Origin: Podarcis melisellensis
Taxonomy: Eukaryota
Assembly (NCBI GenBank): GCA_964234715.1
Contig: OZ174282.1
Strand: one strand, 5' to 3'
Length of the DNA: 64,000 bases
Position 1 is the first letter of the stretch; each line of letters opens with the position of its first letter. Below, piece after piece: positions 1 to 12,547 of this stretch. The notes under the pieces were generated by a model. That model had not been told where the DNA came from. It worked only from the letters and a program-made list of their open reading frames with translations, and made no database searches. The position numbers were made by a program, and so were the translations under genes.

Positions 1-329
1 CAGAAATAGCAAAACTTACCGGAAGAATAAGAAATCAAGATATCAAACTTTTCTAAAAGAGTGGAAATGGTTTATTGAATATTTACAGATAAATTGTAAA
101 CAGATAAGAACATTGGCAGGATTATTGTAATAACCTGCAGTTTTAGAAGCGTATATATTTAAAGTAGATGAATAAATGAGCAAATTAAGTTAATTTGGAT
201 ATGCAGAAGATATTAAAAATAAATTTAAGGAACCACAGAAAGAGGGAGAAGGAAGTCAAGTTTTGAAGTGTAAAAATGATTGTAAAATTAGTGAAATGTA
301 TAAACCTGAAAAGTATAATTTTAAAAAAA
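1..329 (+). mobile_element. L1-like LINE 3' end (ORF2 C-terminus plus A-rich tail)
   Basis: Degenerate AEIAKLTGRIRNQ...KEWKWFIEYL, then an AT-rich tail ending in an A run. Confidence 0.6.
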
Positions 330-690
330 GATAGCGGTCATCAATCAAGGCAACCAAGGCTTTTCCAGTGCCCAAAGCAGGCCTGAAATCAGACAGGAAT
401 GGATCTAGATAATGTGCTTCCTCCAGGCATATCTGCAGCTGGGTAGCCACCCCCCCTTGATCACTTTGCCCCAAAAGGAGATGTTCGAGATTGGAAGATA
501 GTTTTCTAAAACCTCTGGATCCAGGAAGGACCTCTTCAGGAGGTTTTGCACCTCTGTCTCTTCCAAGGTGGCTGCTATAGCTCCCTCCATAGTGAGGCAT
601 TGACCACCCCCTGGACCTACCCAGACAACCCCTTCCACTAGATTTTACCATGCCACTCTAAACAGCTCTGCTGGAAAATTCACTGAGGAT
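330..690 (-). mobile_element. L2/CR1-group LINE reverse transcriptase fragment
   Basis: Frameshifted motifs LLKRSFLDPEVLENYLPISNISF and YLDPFLSDFRPALGTGKALVALIDD. Confidence 0.8.
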
Positions 691-691
691 G

Positions 692-729
692 TAATAGTAG
701 TAGTAGTAGCAGTAGTAGTAGTAGTAGTA

Positions 730-765
<36 letters not shown>

Positions 766-786
766 GTAGTAGTAGTAGTAGTAGTA
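692..786. repeat. Compound (TAG)n(TAA)n(TAG)n microsatellite
   Basis: Directly visible. Confidence 0.95.
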
Positions 787-885
787 TCTCACCCATCTGA
801 CTGAGTTACACCAGCCACTCTGGGTGGCTTCCAACAAATGTAAAAGCATCATAAGAAACACCAAACATTAAAAACTTCCCTAGGT
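787..885 (-). mobile_element. L2-like LINE 3' tail
   Basis: cccatctg...ccagccactctgggtggcttccaaca next to a trinucleotide repeat; paralogous to 3504-3660. Confidence 0.7.
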
Positions 886-1935
886 AGAGGAAGTTACTAA
901 AAGTCTCCTGCTCCCTGAAACAACTCTTCATTTCCCCCCACTGCTCCCTTGAGCCTGGAACTGTTTGCTGTATTGCCTCAGTGCAACCATTTCCCTTATT
1001 TCCTTTTAATTGCTCATCAAAATTACCTTTCCCAGAAAGCCTTTGGATTATCCACCCAGCCTGTAGTGTAACCAAGTTAAAGTATGTGTAAATGAAATTC
1101 TCTTTCCTTAGCTACCTGTGCCTCCATTTCCTCCCTCCCTTCTGCTTCCCTCTCTTTTGGAATAAGGACCAGTCCTACCTGTTCTTCAGAAAGCACCATG
1201 CAAACCACTTGGTCTGTATTAAATAAATGCAATCGCTCCCATTTAGGGAACTTCAATTGGTCACTCTGAGTATTAGCAAGTGATCATCTTAAGATAGGAT
1301 GGTCCCCGTCCCCATCAACCGTCATACCATCAAACCCATTTTTGACATTCCGCTAGCCTTTGGTGTGACCAAGGAACAGAATCCACAATGCAGTGATGCA
1401 CATAGAAGCAGGCTTGATTCTTCGTGGCAATAATAGCTGGTTATATAAAGCATGCATGGCCCTCCACTCCCATGATATCCTCAGTGCACCTCTCTACTCT
1501 TTCCCATATAAGTAAGTTTGCCACTATTGTTGGGGTGGGAATAAAGTCCACAATGATACTATGCTTACGGTAATTAGATTTGAATTTGACTAAATGCGTT
1601 TTGGAACCCCACCCAACCCTGTGACTCTGGTTGTAAAAAGAGACTGCTAATGAGGTCAAGTCAGACGGACAAGTGTAGCCTGGCAGGTTCCCTTTTGTTG
1701 GGAGAATGGTGGGCTTTTGCAAAACTACAGAGAGGCCAAGTGCAAGTGATGGGTTGCTACAGAAACTAACTTATGGCAGGGGGCATGCCTTTCTTTCTTG
1801 GCTGGAGGTTATATCATCAAGGTGTCTATCTCTGAAAGAGAACAAAAGACCAGCAGTCTTGAAGCTGGAGCCGAAAGAGACACAGAGGCATGACTCACCC
1901 TCTGCAAGAGCTATAGCATTGGGAGCCCTCTAGAA

Positions 1936-2071
1936 CAGTGTTTCCCAACCTTGTGCCTCCAGCTGTTTTTGGACTACAATTCCCATCATCCCTTGCCACT
2001 GGTCTTGCTAGTCAGGGATGATGGGAATTGTAGTTCAAAAACAGCTGGAGGCACAAGGTTGGGAAACACTG
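1936..2071. mobile_element. Palindromic non-autonomous hAT MITE (136 bp)
   Basis: Near-perfect foldback CAGTGTTTCCCAACC...GGTTGGGAAACACTG; perfect 8-bp TSD CTCTAGAA. Confidence 0.93.
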
Positions 2072-2288
2072 CTCTAGAAGACTAATGGAGCAGGTTCTGT
2101 TGGAGTGTTGATGCTGTATAGCTTCCTTCTTATGCTCAATAAGTGTGGGTGTTGGTGACTGTAAATAAATCTTTATATCACAGGAACCATCTTTAGTCTC
2201 CAGTGATCTTGCTTCTAAGGTACATGCTGGGAACCTCTGAAATCTCTCACCCCTCAGAGATTTGGGTGTGCATAACAATACTTATCTG

Positions 2289-2733
2289 ATCATGTTGTGC
2301 AGATGCCTGATGTTTGTCTTCCAAAGCAACTACTCTATTCCAAACTTAAAAATGGAAAGTGTAATGCTAGTGGTCAACAAAAGAGGTTTAAAGACTGTCT
2401 CAAGGCAAATCTTAAAAAATGTAGTATAAACACTGACAACTGGGAAGCACTGGCCTGCGAGCGCTCCAGTTGGAGAACAGCCTTTACCATAGGTGTCATG
2501 GGCTTTGAGGACACTTGAACTCAGGACGAAAGGGAGAAACGTGCTGAGAGGAAGGCACGCTTGGCAAACCCTCACCATGATCAACTCCTGCCCGGAAACC
2601 AATGTCCCCACTGTGGAAGGACATGTGGATCCAGAATTGGCCTCCACAGTCACTTACAGACTCACTGTTAAAACCGTGTTTATGGAAGACAATCTTACTC
2701 GGCTACAAGTGATCGCCAAAGAATAAGAAGAAT
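2289..2733 (+). mobile_element. RTE-clade LINE 3' fragment
   Basis: MPDVCLPKQLLYSKLKNGK...GQQKRFKDCLKANLK, an internal stop, then C2H2-like CPHCGRTCGSRIGLHSHLQTHC*; GAA-type tail; acttatctg on both flanks. Confidence 0.88.
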
Positions 2734-3459
2734 ACGACTTATCTGGGAATAAGTTCTCACTGGACTTCCTTCTGAGTAGACATTTGTGGAACTGTGCTGT
2801 CACTAAGCTCTATTTCCATGTTCTGACAACGTGGGATAATCACAAAAGCTGCTATGTTAGGATGCAGGACTATACTGCTCTGCTGAAGGGGAAACCCCAT
2901 CATCCGATACTGTTAAGTGCAACTCTGTTCTTTAAATTAAGCTTTGCACCTTGTTTTTTGAGTACTGTTGTAGCCGGAATGTTTTGTCTTCCTGTGTCCT
3001 AATTCACATATCACATCAAACTGTGTGTCAACAGCTACACCATGGGTTAGCTGTATGAAGATGGATTCACACCTTTCATAATCCACTTTTCTCCTTTGGC
3101 TGCAGGGAGGCTAATCTAGATTAATTAACCAATGTTAGTATTACATCTGAACTGTAAAAATTTTTTGACCTAAACATAGTTTGTTGAAACAAGTCACCTT
3201 GCACAACTGTGGTTAGAAGATGATTTGTTTCAACAAACCATAGTTAAGATTAACCACAGCTTATCTGGTTTGGATGACCAGGCAAGTTACAGTTAATAGC
3301 CAAGTGGGGATTTGAACAACTCTGGTCTCCCAGGCTCTTGTCCAGAACGCTAACCACTGCACCACATTGGCTAGAAATAATTGCTATGATTTAAATATGA
3401 ATACAATCAGGTGATCTGAGTCCATGCTCAGCCTGCTCCTTGGGTGCTGTTGATGGGTC

Positions 3460-3460
<1 letters not shown>

Positions 3461-3505
<45 letters not shown>

Positions 3506-3660
3506 TTATTATTTCTACCCCACCCATCTGGCTGGCTTTCCCCAACCACTCTGGGTGACTTTCAACAGAACATTAAAAACAGAATAAAACTTCAAACATT
3601 AAAAACTTCCCTAAACAGGGCTGTCTTCAGATGTCTTCTAAAAGTTGGGTAGTTGTTTAT
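3461..3660 (-). mobile_element. L2-like 3' tail with (AAT)n microsatellite
   Basis: (ATA)n at 3461-3503 followed by the same tail as 787-885. Confidence 0.75.
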
Positions 3661-4969
3661 ATTCAGATTGTTATCTTCAGATAGTTGGAAAGTTGATCTC
3701 TCTTCATATGGTTCATAATCTTTAAAGCAGGCTTGGACTGGACAGTGCTTCAGTAAGAGGGCTCTTAAGAGGGGAGGCAGTCTTCAAATATGAGGACTGT
3801 CTTCTACAAAGTAGGGCACAGTGCCAGCCTCTTTGAGAATGTGCAAATCATGCCAGGACCCATAATCCCCAACCACTACCCTTGGAATATGACAGTCCCC
3901 AAGTTGGCCACTGCATCAAGGAATTTGAAAGCGCAGCTGTGAGCACAAACTCGGCAGCATGGGGAGGGAGGAGGAGGGAAGAGAGGGAGAATGACACATG
4001 TATTATCAGCTTACAAGTATGTGGTTGTTTAAATCATAGATGCTGGAGCTCTGATGACATCAAAGGAGGCCTGGCTTGAACACGCCAGCTGTTGGTTTCA
4101 TGTGACACCTGACAGCACAGAGTATTCCAGCTATGTGGCTTATCAGACAGCAGCCAATTAAGAGATACCCTGACCACACTCTATAATTTTCCTACAAAGG
4201 GAAGATTGGGAGCAGCAAAGGTGGAGAAGCGCAGAGGAAAAGGATGTAAATTAAGCCTAGGTATGCCATTTCTGTGTCGCCAGCAAATTCCGGATCCAGG
4301 TCTATCAAGCCATTACTCCACTTTTCCTTGATCAAGTCTCTAGGGCAGCCTTTCTCAACTTCCTCTGTCTTTCTCCCTCCACTGTCAGAGGCGTTATGCT
4401 TCTGAATACCAGTTGCTGGGATTCACAAGTGGGAAAGAGTTATTGCTGCTCGCCGCACTGAGACCCTCCTTGCAGTCTTCTCATCTGGTGGACCACTGTG
4501 AGAACCAGATGCTGGACTAGATAGGTGGCGTTTGGGAATCACAGATTTATAGCAAGAGGGATGTAGACAAATTGCAGCAGGTTCCAGAAAGGGCTACAGA
4601 GATGATCAGCCGTATGGATTAGTTACCCACAACCGCTCAGGAATGAGTTGTCCCCATTTCAGCCTTTCAAGTTGGCCTGAAAGAAAGTGACAGCCCACTG
4701 TACCGCAAGGTTGAGAGAGGATTGGAATCCAGCACTTCTTGGCTGAAGTTCAGGACTATCCACTACCCTACTGTTCTTCAACCTCTGGTCTCTAAATGTT
4801 GTTGGACCACAACTCCCATCTTTCCTGACCCTTGACTAAGATGGCTGGGGATTATAGGAATTGCAGTCCAACAATGTATTGGGATCCTAGGTTGAAGCAC
4901 ACTGCACTACACCACATTGATGCTTCTTGCACAACAGAATGTCTTAATATATTGCACATCATGCTTGTT

Positions 4970-5249
4970 GGAGAAGACATGACAACTCTCTTCAAATACC
5001 AGAAAGGCCGTCACAGAGAAGAGGGCAAATGTTGTTGTTTTTTTCTTTGCTGCCCCAGAGAGCAGAACTAGATCTAATGAGTTTAAGTCTCTGGAGGGTA
5101 GATCCTGGTTGAATGTGATGGCCTCTTCCTCTCTGGAGGTCTTCTATCAGAGACTGGACAACCACATGTTGGAGGGGATCTTCTTTGAGTTTCCTGCATC
5201 AAACAGAGGGTTGGCCTACAAGACCACCTCCTACCCTTATGACTCTATG
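4970..5249 (+). mobile_element. CR1 LINE 3' end
   Basis: GEDMTTLFKYQKG motif, tctctggaggtcttc, terminal tatgactctatg; a further CR1 piece at ~4545-4612. Confidence 0.8.
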
Positions 5250-6373
5250 GCACCATCTGCACTGTGCATTTAAAGCAGTATCATACTGTTTTAAATAGTA
5301 ATGTCTTCTCCAGAGAATCCTGCAAACTGTAGTTTGTTAAGGGTGCTGGGGATTGTTTGGAAACCCTATTCCTTACACGGAGCTACAATTCCCAGAGTTC
5401 CCTGGGAAGAGAGCTTGACTGTTGAACTGCTCTGGGAATTGCATCTCTGTGAGGGGGCAGATGGGTCCTAAGTCTCTCTGCTGAGTAGATGGAGTCTGAG
5501 ATCGGCTCCCCCACCCCACAAGAAGGGATAGCTCCTCACTTGGCAATTTCAAATGTAGCATTTTAAATGTTCCTGGATTGTCAACTGCAGCCTCATTTTG
5601 AAGATGTGGATTGGGGTTAAGAAGTGATGCAATTTTTGGAGAAACTTCACATTCCTACTTTTCTAAACAATGATCCTCTGGTGGACAATTTGTATCAGGG
5701 CTCTTGAATTGTCCAGTATATCAATTATTTGCCTAGTTTGAAAACCATAGTTCAGAACAAACTAACCATAAAAGGCACAGAGAAGAATTCAATACAAGAA
5801 TTGTCCAAATGCTCCAAATGATTGTTTATTTATTGTAATTATTTTACTCATTTGGTGCAATGATATCCTGCCTTCCCCCCAGACAGCTCACCTGGTGAGC
5901 TTCTTGCCAATGAAGACAAATTAATAAAGACAAATTTATGGATGATACAGCTCTCTGTGGTTATGCTCTGCCTCCATAGTCCACTTGCTGGAAACCACAG
6001 GAAGGGAAAGTGCTCTGATCAGACTATTCTGATGTTCTTATGGTTGAGTGGAGGATTTGATCCCATGTCTCCTCAGTCCCTGAGTTCCTCCAGAGAGCCT
6101 ATTTATTCAGCATTCATGCTGATACTGCTTGGACAGTCTTTACTGAGCATTGCTTCCAATTTATTTACAAGGAGGTGAAATGACAATGAGCTTTCATTCT
6201 GAATTCATCCAGATTTGTTTGTAGGATGTTTGCATTTCTTCCCATTAATCATGCATTCATCCCACACTTTTTAATGCATTTCCTTATCATTTTCTAAAAC
6301 GTCAGTGAGTTTGTTTAAGTGGATTTGTTGCAATGGGGTGACAGTGTGTTTTAATCCACTTTAATTGTGTAGA

Positions 6374-6618
6374 AGAAGAAGAAGAGTTTGGATTTGATAT
6401 CCCGCCTTTCACTACCCTAAGGAGTCTCAAAGCGGCTAACAATCTCCTTTCCCTTCCTCCCCCACAACAAACACTCTGTGAGGTGAGTGGGGCTGAGAGA
6501 CTTCAAAGTGTGACTGGCCCAAGGTCACCCAGCACTGCATGTGGAGGAGCGGAGACGCGAACCCGGTTCCCCAGATTACAAGACTACCGCTCTTAACCAC
6601 TACACCACACTGGCTCCC
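6374..6618 (-). mobile_element. Squam3-like tRNA-derived CORE-type SINE
   Basis: Minus strand: GGGAGCCAGTGTGGTGTAGTGG (A box), GGTTCG (B box), gtgaccttgggccagtcac core, (TTC)n tail. Confidence 0.85.
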
Positions 6619-7204
6619 AGTGTGGTGTAATCAAGATGTGGAAACTATGGAAACAACGAGGAGAGGCAGGACTGAGATTTGGATATGCTTCAAGGTCCAG
6701 ACTATGGGAAGCCCCCCAAAATTAATAATTATAATTTGGATGATAATTTGGTCTTTTTTATTTTAGTTTTTTATTTTAATGGGATTATGATTTGAAATGT
6801 TAATTGGATGCTTTTTATTGGAAAATTAATAAAAATGATTTAACAATAATTGTGTAGACTTAGGACTCGTCCACGCTTGTCTCGTGCGTAGAAAGCAGGG
6901 TTCTGAGTGGTTTACCTCTTGCTCTGATATTTTCCCAGAGAAAGCCTCCTGTTTAGTGCTAAGTCAGAGAAAACGTCAATCCAGAGAAAACCCAGATTGC
7001 CAATTGCTCTGACTGAATGCTAAAGAGTAGCTTTCCCTGGAGGAAAGCAGTGGGACAAGAGGAAGTATGGATAAGACCTTAATTCCTCCCAGACAACATT
7101 GACAGTCTGAAGACACCCCTAGTCTGACATGCTAACCATTACATCACACTGGCTCTCGGCTCCAATTCATGGCAATAGGATTTCATTTCTCTTCTATCCC
7201 TTCT

Positions 7205-7537
7205 TGCCAACTTTATCCACATTTGAAACACTGTGATATCACTCTAACAGCCAAGGTTTGCGTTAAACAATCCTGGGAGCTGTAATTTGTCAAGGGTGCT
7301 GAGGGTTGTTTGGAGACCCCTAACCCACTCACAGAGCTACAATAACCAAATTTGCTGAGAAAAGGGATTGATTGTTCTACCACTCTGAGAATTGTTGCTC
7401 TGCATGAGGAAGAGGAGGTCTCCTAACAATTCTCAGTACCCTAAACAAACAGCTGCCAGGATCCTTTGGAGGGAGAGCCACCATGTTTATTTAAAGAGAT
7501 ATCATAGTGCTTTAAATGCACAGTGCAGATGCAGCCC
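7205..7537. mobile_element. ~330 bp palindromic non-autonomous DNA element (family A)
   Basis: Imperfect foldback with gtttgtcaagggtgctgag and tttaaatgcacagtgcagatg; homologous to 35536-35867. Confidence 0.75.
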
Positions 7538-7967
7538 TTGTCTGGATTTAGTGTTTTATAGGACACAACTCAGCAAAGAGCCCTCCTGCATAAGTGCCAT
7601 GAACAGGAGGAGGAGCACAAGATATTCAGGTTCCCTTTATTTCAGCGTGGCACTTGCATCATAGATCTTGCTGCTGGATGGGGCCCTTAATTAGCTGCAT
7701 TAAGGAATGCAAGCCATTTATATAATCACCATGCATTAACGACAGACTACAACAATACCCGGCTACTCGTTGCCTACTGCAATAAAGCCGGTGCGTGTGG
7801 CAACACAAAGGGAGGCACGTTCAAGGCCTTGCTGAACACACAGCCCTAAAGCCCATATTGTGCATACGCTGCAATTTCGGCCACATTAGGGAACTTGCTT
7901 GCATGGCACAACTCTCCTTCTGAGGTGCTACCTAAGTAAGCAAGTGCTAAGCCACGTATGTAGGGAG

Positions 7968-8516
7968 CAGTGAAGGCTAGTCCATTACGGCAAATGGGGC
8001 ACTGGCCCACCAACCTCGGTCTGCCCACTGCTAGCTCCAGCCTGCCTTCTTACTGACAACCAGCCCAAGAGGCAACCCAGCCTGTCAACCTCTCCCTTCT
8101 CCTTCGCCATCTCTTAGTATTGCCCTTGTAGAACTTAGCAGGAAGCTTACCCTCCAACATGGCGTGGCCCAAATCCAAAGCACCATCTTCATGAAATCAC
8201 ATGACCTGTGCAAGATCGCTGACCTGGAAAAAGTGCTATTTTTGGGCACGGCACCCAAAAAGCATATGTTTGGGGGCACCGCACGAGATCACAGACCCGA
8301 AAAAGTGCTTTTTTCAGGGCAGGATCTGAGCCCGAAATTGTGTGGGAGCAAGGAACCCAAAACAGCCACCATACTCTCACAGGGAGAAGCAGGATATCCC
8401 AGTTTTTCCAGGGCAGTTGATGGGGATGCAGGAAGGCAAATGGGTTGCGGCTCCACCTCCTGTTGACTTCCCTACCTTTTGTCCCTCCACTCTCAATGGT
8501 CACCAGCTGCCACTGG
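7968..8516. mobile_element. hAT-like non-autonomous element
   Basis: Degenerate TIRs cagtgaaggctagtccatt and aatggtcaccagctgccactg; flanks gtagggag and gttggggg. Confidence 0.55.
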
Positions 8517-8829
8517 TTGGGGGTGGCATGTGCCGAAGCTAACTCATTTGAAAGATAAAACTCTCCAAATTGATCACCTGCAACTGTGCAAGGCTTTGAC
8601 TATACCGAGCGTGTGCTCAAACAGAAAAACGTTGCACACCCCTTTGTTTTTGGTCACACATAACTTTTTCAGGAATTGCCTTTGAGGTGGATCCATGGGA
8701 AGCCAGACCATGGCTGATGTTGCTAGGGATTAAACCAGAGATCTTCCAGATGCAGTACCTAAGCCTGGAATCCTAAATCCACCTACCCGGGAGTAAGGAC
8801 CATTGAATTCAGTAGGGCTTACTTCTGAG

Positions 8830-8950
8830 CATGGGCGTAGCCAAAAATTTTGTTAGGAGGGGACAGGCTTTGTTGGGGGGCCAGAACCTCAGGTTTGCAT
8901 TGATTTTGATTGATTTAGGTGGGCAGCTGCCCTCCCTGGCGACGCCTGTG
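8830..8950. mobile_element. Short hAT MITE
   Basis: TIRs catgggcgtagcca and tggcgacgcctgtg; TSD cttctgag/cttctgca; related copy at 17698-17817. Confidence 0.75.
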
Positions 8951-9307
8951 CTTCTGCATAGACATGTTTGGGCTTGTGCTGTAAACTCTGCTACTAAGCT
9001 TTGGGTCCCTTCTGGTCAAATCTGCCAGGATGATCAGAAGCATTTTATTTCCTTCTTTCATTCCAATATGCACCTGTCACTCACAGTATGGTCAAGCATT
9101 GTCCTGAGGCAAGCAAAACCTGCTGGGGACTGATCCTAGACACTCTGTGATTTTGTGACAGGATGACATCTTTTTTAACTTGTTGATACCTATTTTCATT
9201 TTACTTTGTAGTTTTTTTTAACCCACTGAATTTATTCTATTCTATTCTATACATTTGGATACTCTGCTTTATGTGTTTTCTATTTTGTTTCCTCATGTTT
9301 TGTGCTG

Positions 9308-9373
9308 GTCATTGGCCATAAAAATAAAGATTTCTTTTGGGTCATTGGCCATAAAAATAAATATTTCTTTTGG
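9308..9373. repeat. 33-bp tandem duplication at a LINE-like 3' tail
   Basis: gtcattggccataaaaataaa(g/t)atttcttttgg twice. Confidence 0.9.
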
Positions 9374-9944
9374 GTATAGGAAATAGAATCCATTTCAGCA
9401 AATGGACATTTTGCATTGCAAATAAAAACAGATACACAGGGAATCTTGGAAATGTGAAGGATTCCATAAATTCTAAATTGTACTGCTGCATTTGAAATGA
9501 AAAAATAAAGTTCTCAGAAGTTAAGTGTGGCACTTACAGACAACTCCCCATTTGTACGCATTCAGTATGTGTGCGACCGCACATACATGCATCACGAAAA
9601 ACCCAAAAGTGACCAGAAAATGTCACAAAAATATCACAAAAAGGGGCAGAATGGGGTAGGGCAGGGGCAAGGTGGGGATAGAACAGGATGTTTGCAAGCT
9701 TTTTCAATGGTGTTTCAAATATACACAATTTCACCGACACACATGATTTCTCAGAACATTACCCCCGGGTAAATTGGGGGAGGGGGTAGTGTTGCCTGTA
9801 CACCAATGGCATGATTTCTTACAACAACCCTGTGAGGTTGGTTGGATTGAGAGATAGTGAGTGGTATGTGCCAGATGACAAGCAAGAGAGGGGAACCAAT
9901 GTCAAGACCGTGGTAGGAATGGGTGGGAGGAGCAGTTGCTATTT

Positions 9945-10322
9945 GAGTTGTGGGAGAAATTTGATTCAGTTTGCATTTAAGGACAAAACAACCTAAGTGA
10001 TGCTTTCCAATACAATATATGAACCAAAATGGTTCAAATTCTGCACTTCTCTGAATTTTGCAATGCAGTTCTTCAGCCAAGTAATATTTATAAAAATACA
10101 TATGCTGGTGAAAATGACATGCCAAAATGCATGATATCAGGGGAATTTGTTTCACAGAAATGTGCACAATAGGCCAGATTGCATACAAATATATGTACAT
10201 TAGGACAGGGTTTCAGTAACATGCTGCTGAATTTTCAAGCAACTGCTTGAAGGAGACTTGGATAATTGAATTTAAAATGGAAGAAACAAGACTTCAGAAC
10301 TGAGTGATTCCAGCATTTCTAG
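9945..10322. mobile_element. AT-rich interspersed repeat (family B, probable old hAT non-autonomous element)
   Basis: Shared motif cacttctctgaattttgcaatgcag, with related sequence at ~13090-13420, 28385-29460, 29790-30895, 40900-41300 and 47320-48400. Confidence 0.65.
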
Positions 10323-10421
10323 TTTATACCCCTAAGCAACCATGGATGGTGTTTGAGGTAAGCAGTGACACAACCATAGCCTGAACGTTAACCTCATCCA
10401 TCTCAGCTCATAGCCCATCAG

Positions 10422-10790
10422 CAGGGGCAGAGGAAGGGCTATGTGGTGGGGGCGGGCCACCCCAGGTGTCACCACTGAGGGGGGGTGACAAAATGCCGAG
10501 CGGTACTCACCGTGGGGCCTGCAGCGCGCCTGAGCCATGCATCTCTCCTGGGAGTGACACAGTGGCTTGGGCACCTGCAGGCTCCGCACTGCCCCCAAAC
10601 AGTCCGCCCGCCACCTTTCCCTCAGCTGTAGGGCAACTGAGTGGGAGGAGGCAGGCGGACTCCTTGGAGGCCCCGCAGAGCGTCCTGCCCCAGCTCGCCC
10701 TGCCCCCGCCCCTGGATCAGGGCACGATTGGCTTGCTCCGGCGTTGCCCAAACAGATGCTATGAGCCAGAGCCACTTCATGGGTCTAGCC
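10422..10790. mobile_element. GC-rich hAT-like MITE
   Basis: Begins caggggcagaggaagg; gggtgtcacc-like subterminal motifs; local CpG richness; right end unclear. Confidence 0.5.
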
Positions 10791-11907
10791 ATTGGCCCTT
10801 ACTCTCCATCTCTCTAGGAAAGAACAGGTTGGCATTGGAAGTTTACTTTGGATATCCGCCCCCCCCCTCCCTGACAGTTTCTTGGAAAATGAAGCAGACA
10901 TCTGGTAGCAAGAAGGAAGGGGGGGGGGACAGATCAGAGAGGAAAGCAGGGAGGTGCAAATTCCCAGAGGGGAAGGCAGTGCCTGTCTGCTTCTTACATA
11001 AGATATATAGGTCGCAATCTGCTTTGGAGAAGGGCAAGGCGCTCTGTATGCCAAAGTAAACAGGCTTGTCTTATGGAAAACCACTCTGTGGTTAATATTT
11101 ATCAAAGGTCATTATTTAAGACCCAACGATAAGAAGATCAAGAGACAAGGAAATAGATCAGTTTTCAGTTCCCCTCTCAAGTTACCGGTAATTGCAATCT
11201 TGAGGAGGCAATAGCTACGTGGCTCAAACAAATTAGGCTGCATAAGCGTTGTACCTTTAAAGCACACTTGCTTCTCAAAGATTTCTGGGCACTGTAGTTT
11301 GTTAAGGAAACTACCATTCCCAGAATTCTTTGAGGGAAGAAATGCACTTTGAATGTGCTTTAAATGCATACTATGTACACAGCCTCTGTTGAAGCCCTGT
11401 GATCTGTTGGATCCACTGTGAAAAGCGAGCATACTGACAGCCATCCACAAGTTTTTAAGCCGAAATGGATTCCTATGACACTTTGAAAGACTAACAATTT
11501 TATTATGGCCTTCACTTTCAAAGACTAAGGGTCCCCTTCAACAGGCACAACTATTCAAGGTTGCCATCCTATACTCAACTTATCTGGGCGTAAGCCCCCT
11601 TGAACTCAGTGGGACCTACTTCTGAGTAGACAAGTCTAGGCTTGCACTGTTGGTCCCACTGAAAGAAGCAGGATTTACTTCTGAGTGATCATGTATAGGA
11701 ATTGCACTATGATTCAGTTAACACCCTGATTCTAAGGCTGAAATCATCCTCTCATGTACACTTACTTGGAAGTAAATCCAGTTGAGCCTGGTACTTACTT
11801 CTGAGTAAACATGCATTGGCAGGAATGAGTATACACTCTGAATTCCCTCTCAGGATAAATCAAGCCGAGAGCTACACTAGTAAAATGTTTCAAAACCTGT
11901 CACAGGC

Positions 11908-12547
11908 ATCATCTTCACCATACATTAAAAGCACCGTCATACCTTGTTAAGGGTGCTGAGAGTTGTTAGGGAACCGCTGTTCCCTGCACAGAGCTACAGT
12001 TCCCAGGGTTCCCAAGAAAGAGGGGTTGGTTGTCAAACCATTCTGGAAACTGTAGCTCTGTGAGGGGAATAAAGGTAAAGGTAAAGGGCCAGTCTTGACG
12101 GACTCTAGGGTTGTGTGCTCATCTCACTCTAGAGGCCGGGAGCCAGCGCTGTCCACAGACACTTCCGTGTCACGTGGCCAGTGTGACGAAGCTGCTCTGG
12201 CGAACCGGCACCAGAGCAGCACACGGAAGCGCCGTTTACCTTCCCGCTATAAAGCGGTACCTATTTATCTACTTGCACTTAGGGGTGCTTTCGAACTGCT
12301 AGGTGGGCAGGAGCTGGGACCGACAGACGGGAGCTCACCCCGCCGCAGGGATTCGAACCACCGACCATGTGATCAGCAAGTCCTAGGCGCTGAGGTTTTA
12401 CCCACAGCGCCACCCGTGGAGGGGAATAGGGGTCTCTTAACAATTCCCAGCACCCTTAACAAACTATAGTTCCCAGGACTCTTTGGGGAAAGCCATGGCT
12501 GTGTTAAGTCACATAATAAAGCTTTAAATGTATAATGTGGATGGGGC
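11908..12547. mobile_element. Family A palindromic element interrupted by a Sauria SINE
   Basis: The two halves rejoin at the TSD gaggggaata. Confidence 0.8.
12072..12418 (-). mobile_element. Sauria SINE
   Basis: Minus-strand GGGTGGCGCTGTGGGTAAAACC head, GGTTCGAATCC B box, (ACCTTT)n tail; TSD gaggggaata at 12062-12071 and 12419-12428. Confidence 0.93.

Noticed and set aside
658-864. Poly-Tyr ORF (and poly-Ile and (IY)n ORFs at 3440, 15618 and 44200)
   Set aside because: Translations of microsatellites.
1560-2277. Possible old solo LTR ending in ...cataaca
   Set aside because: The left TG terminus and TSD could not be established.
10332-11059. GC-rich overlapping ORFs or possible CpG-island promoter
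   Set aside because: The GC richness lies within a MITE-like repeat; no recognisable protein or splice structure.
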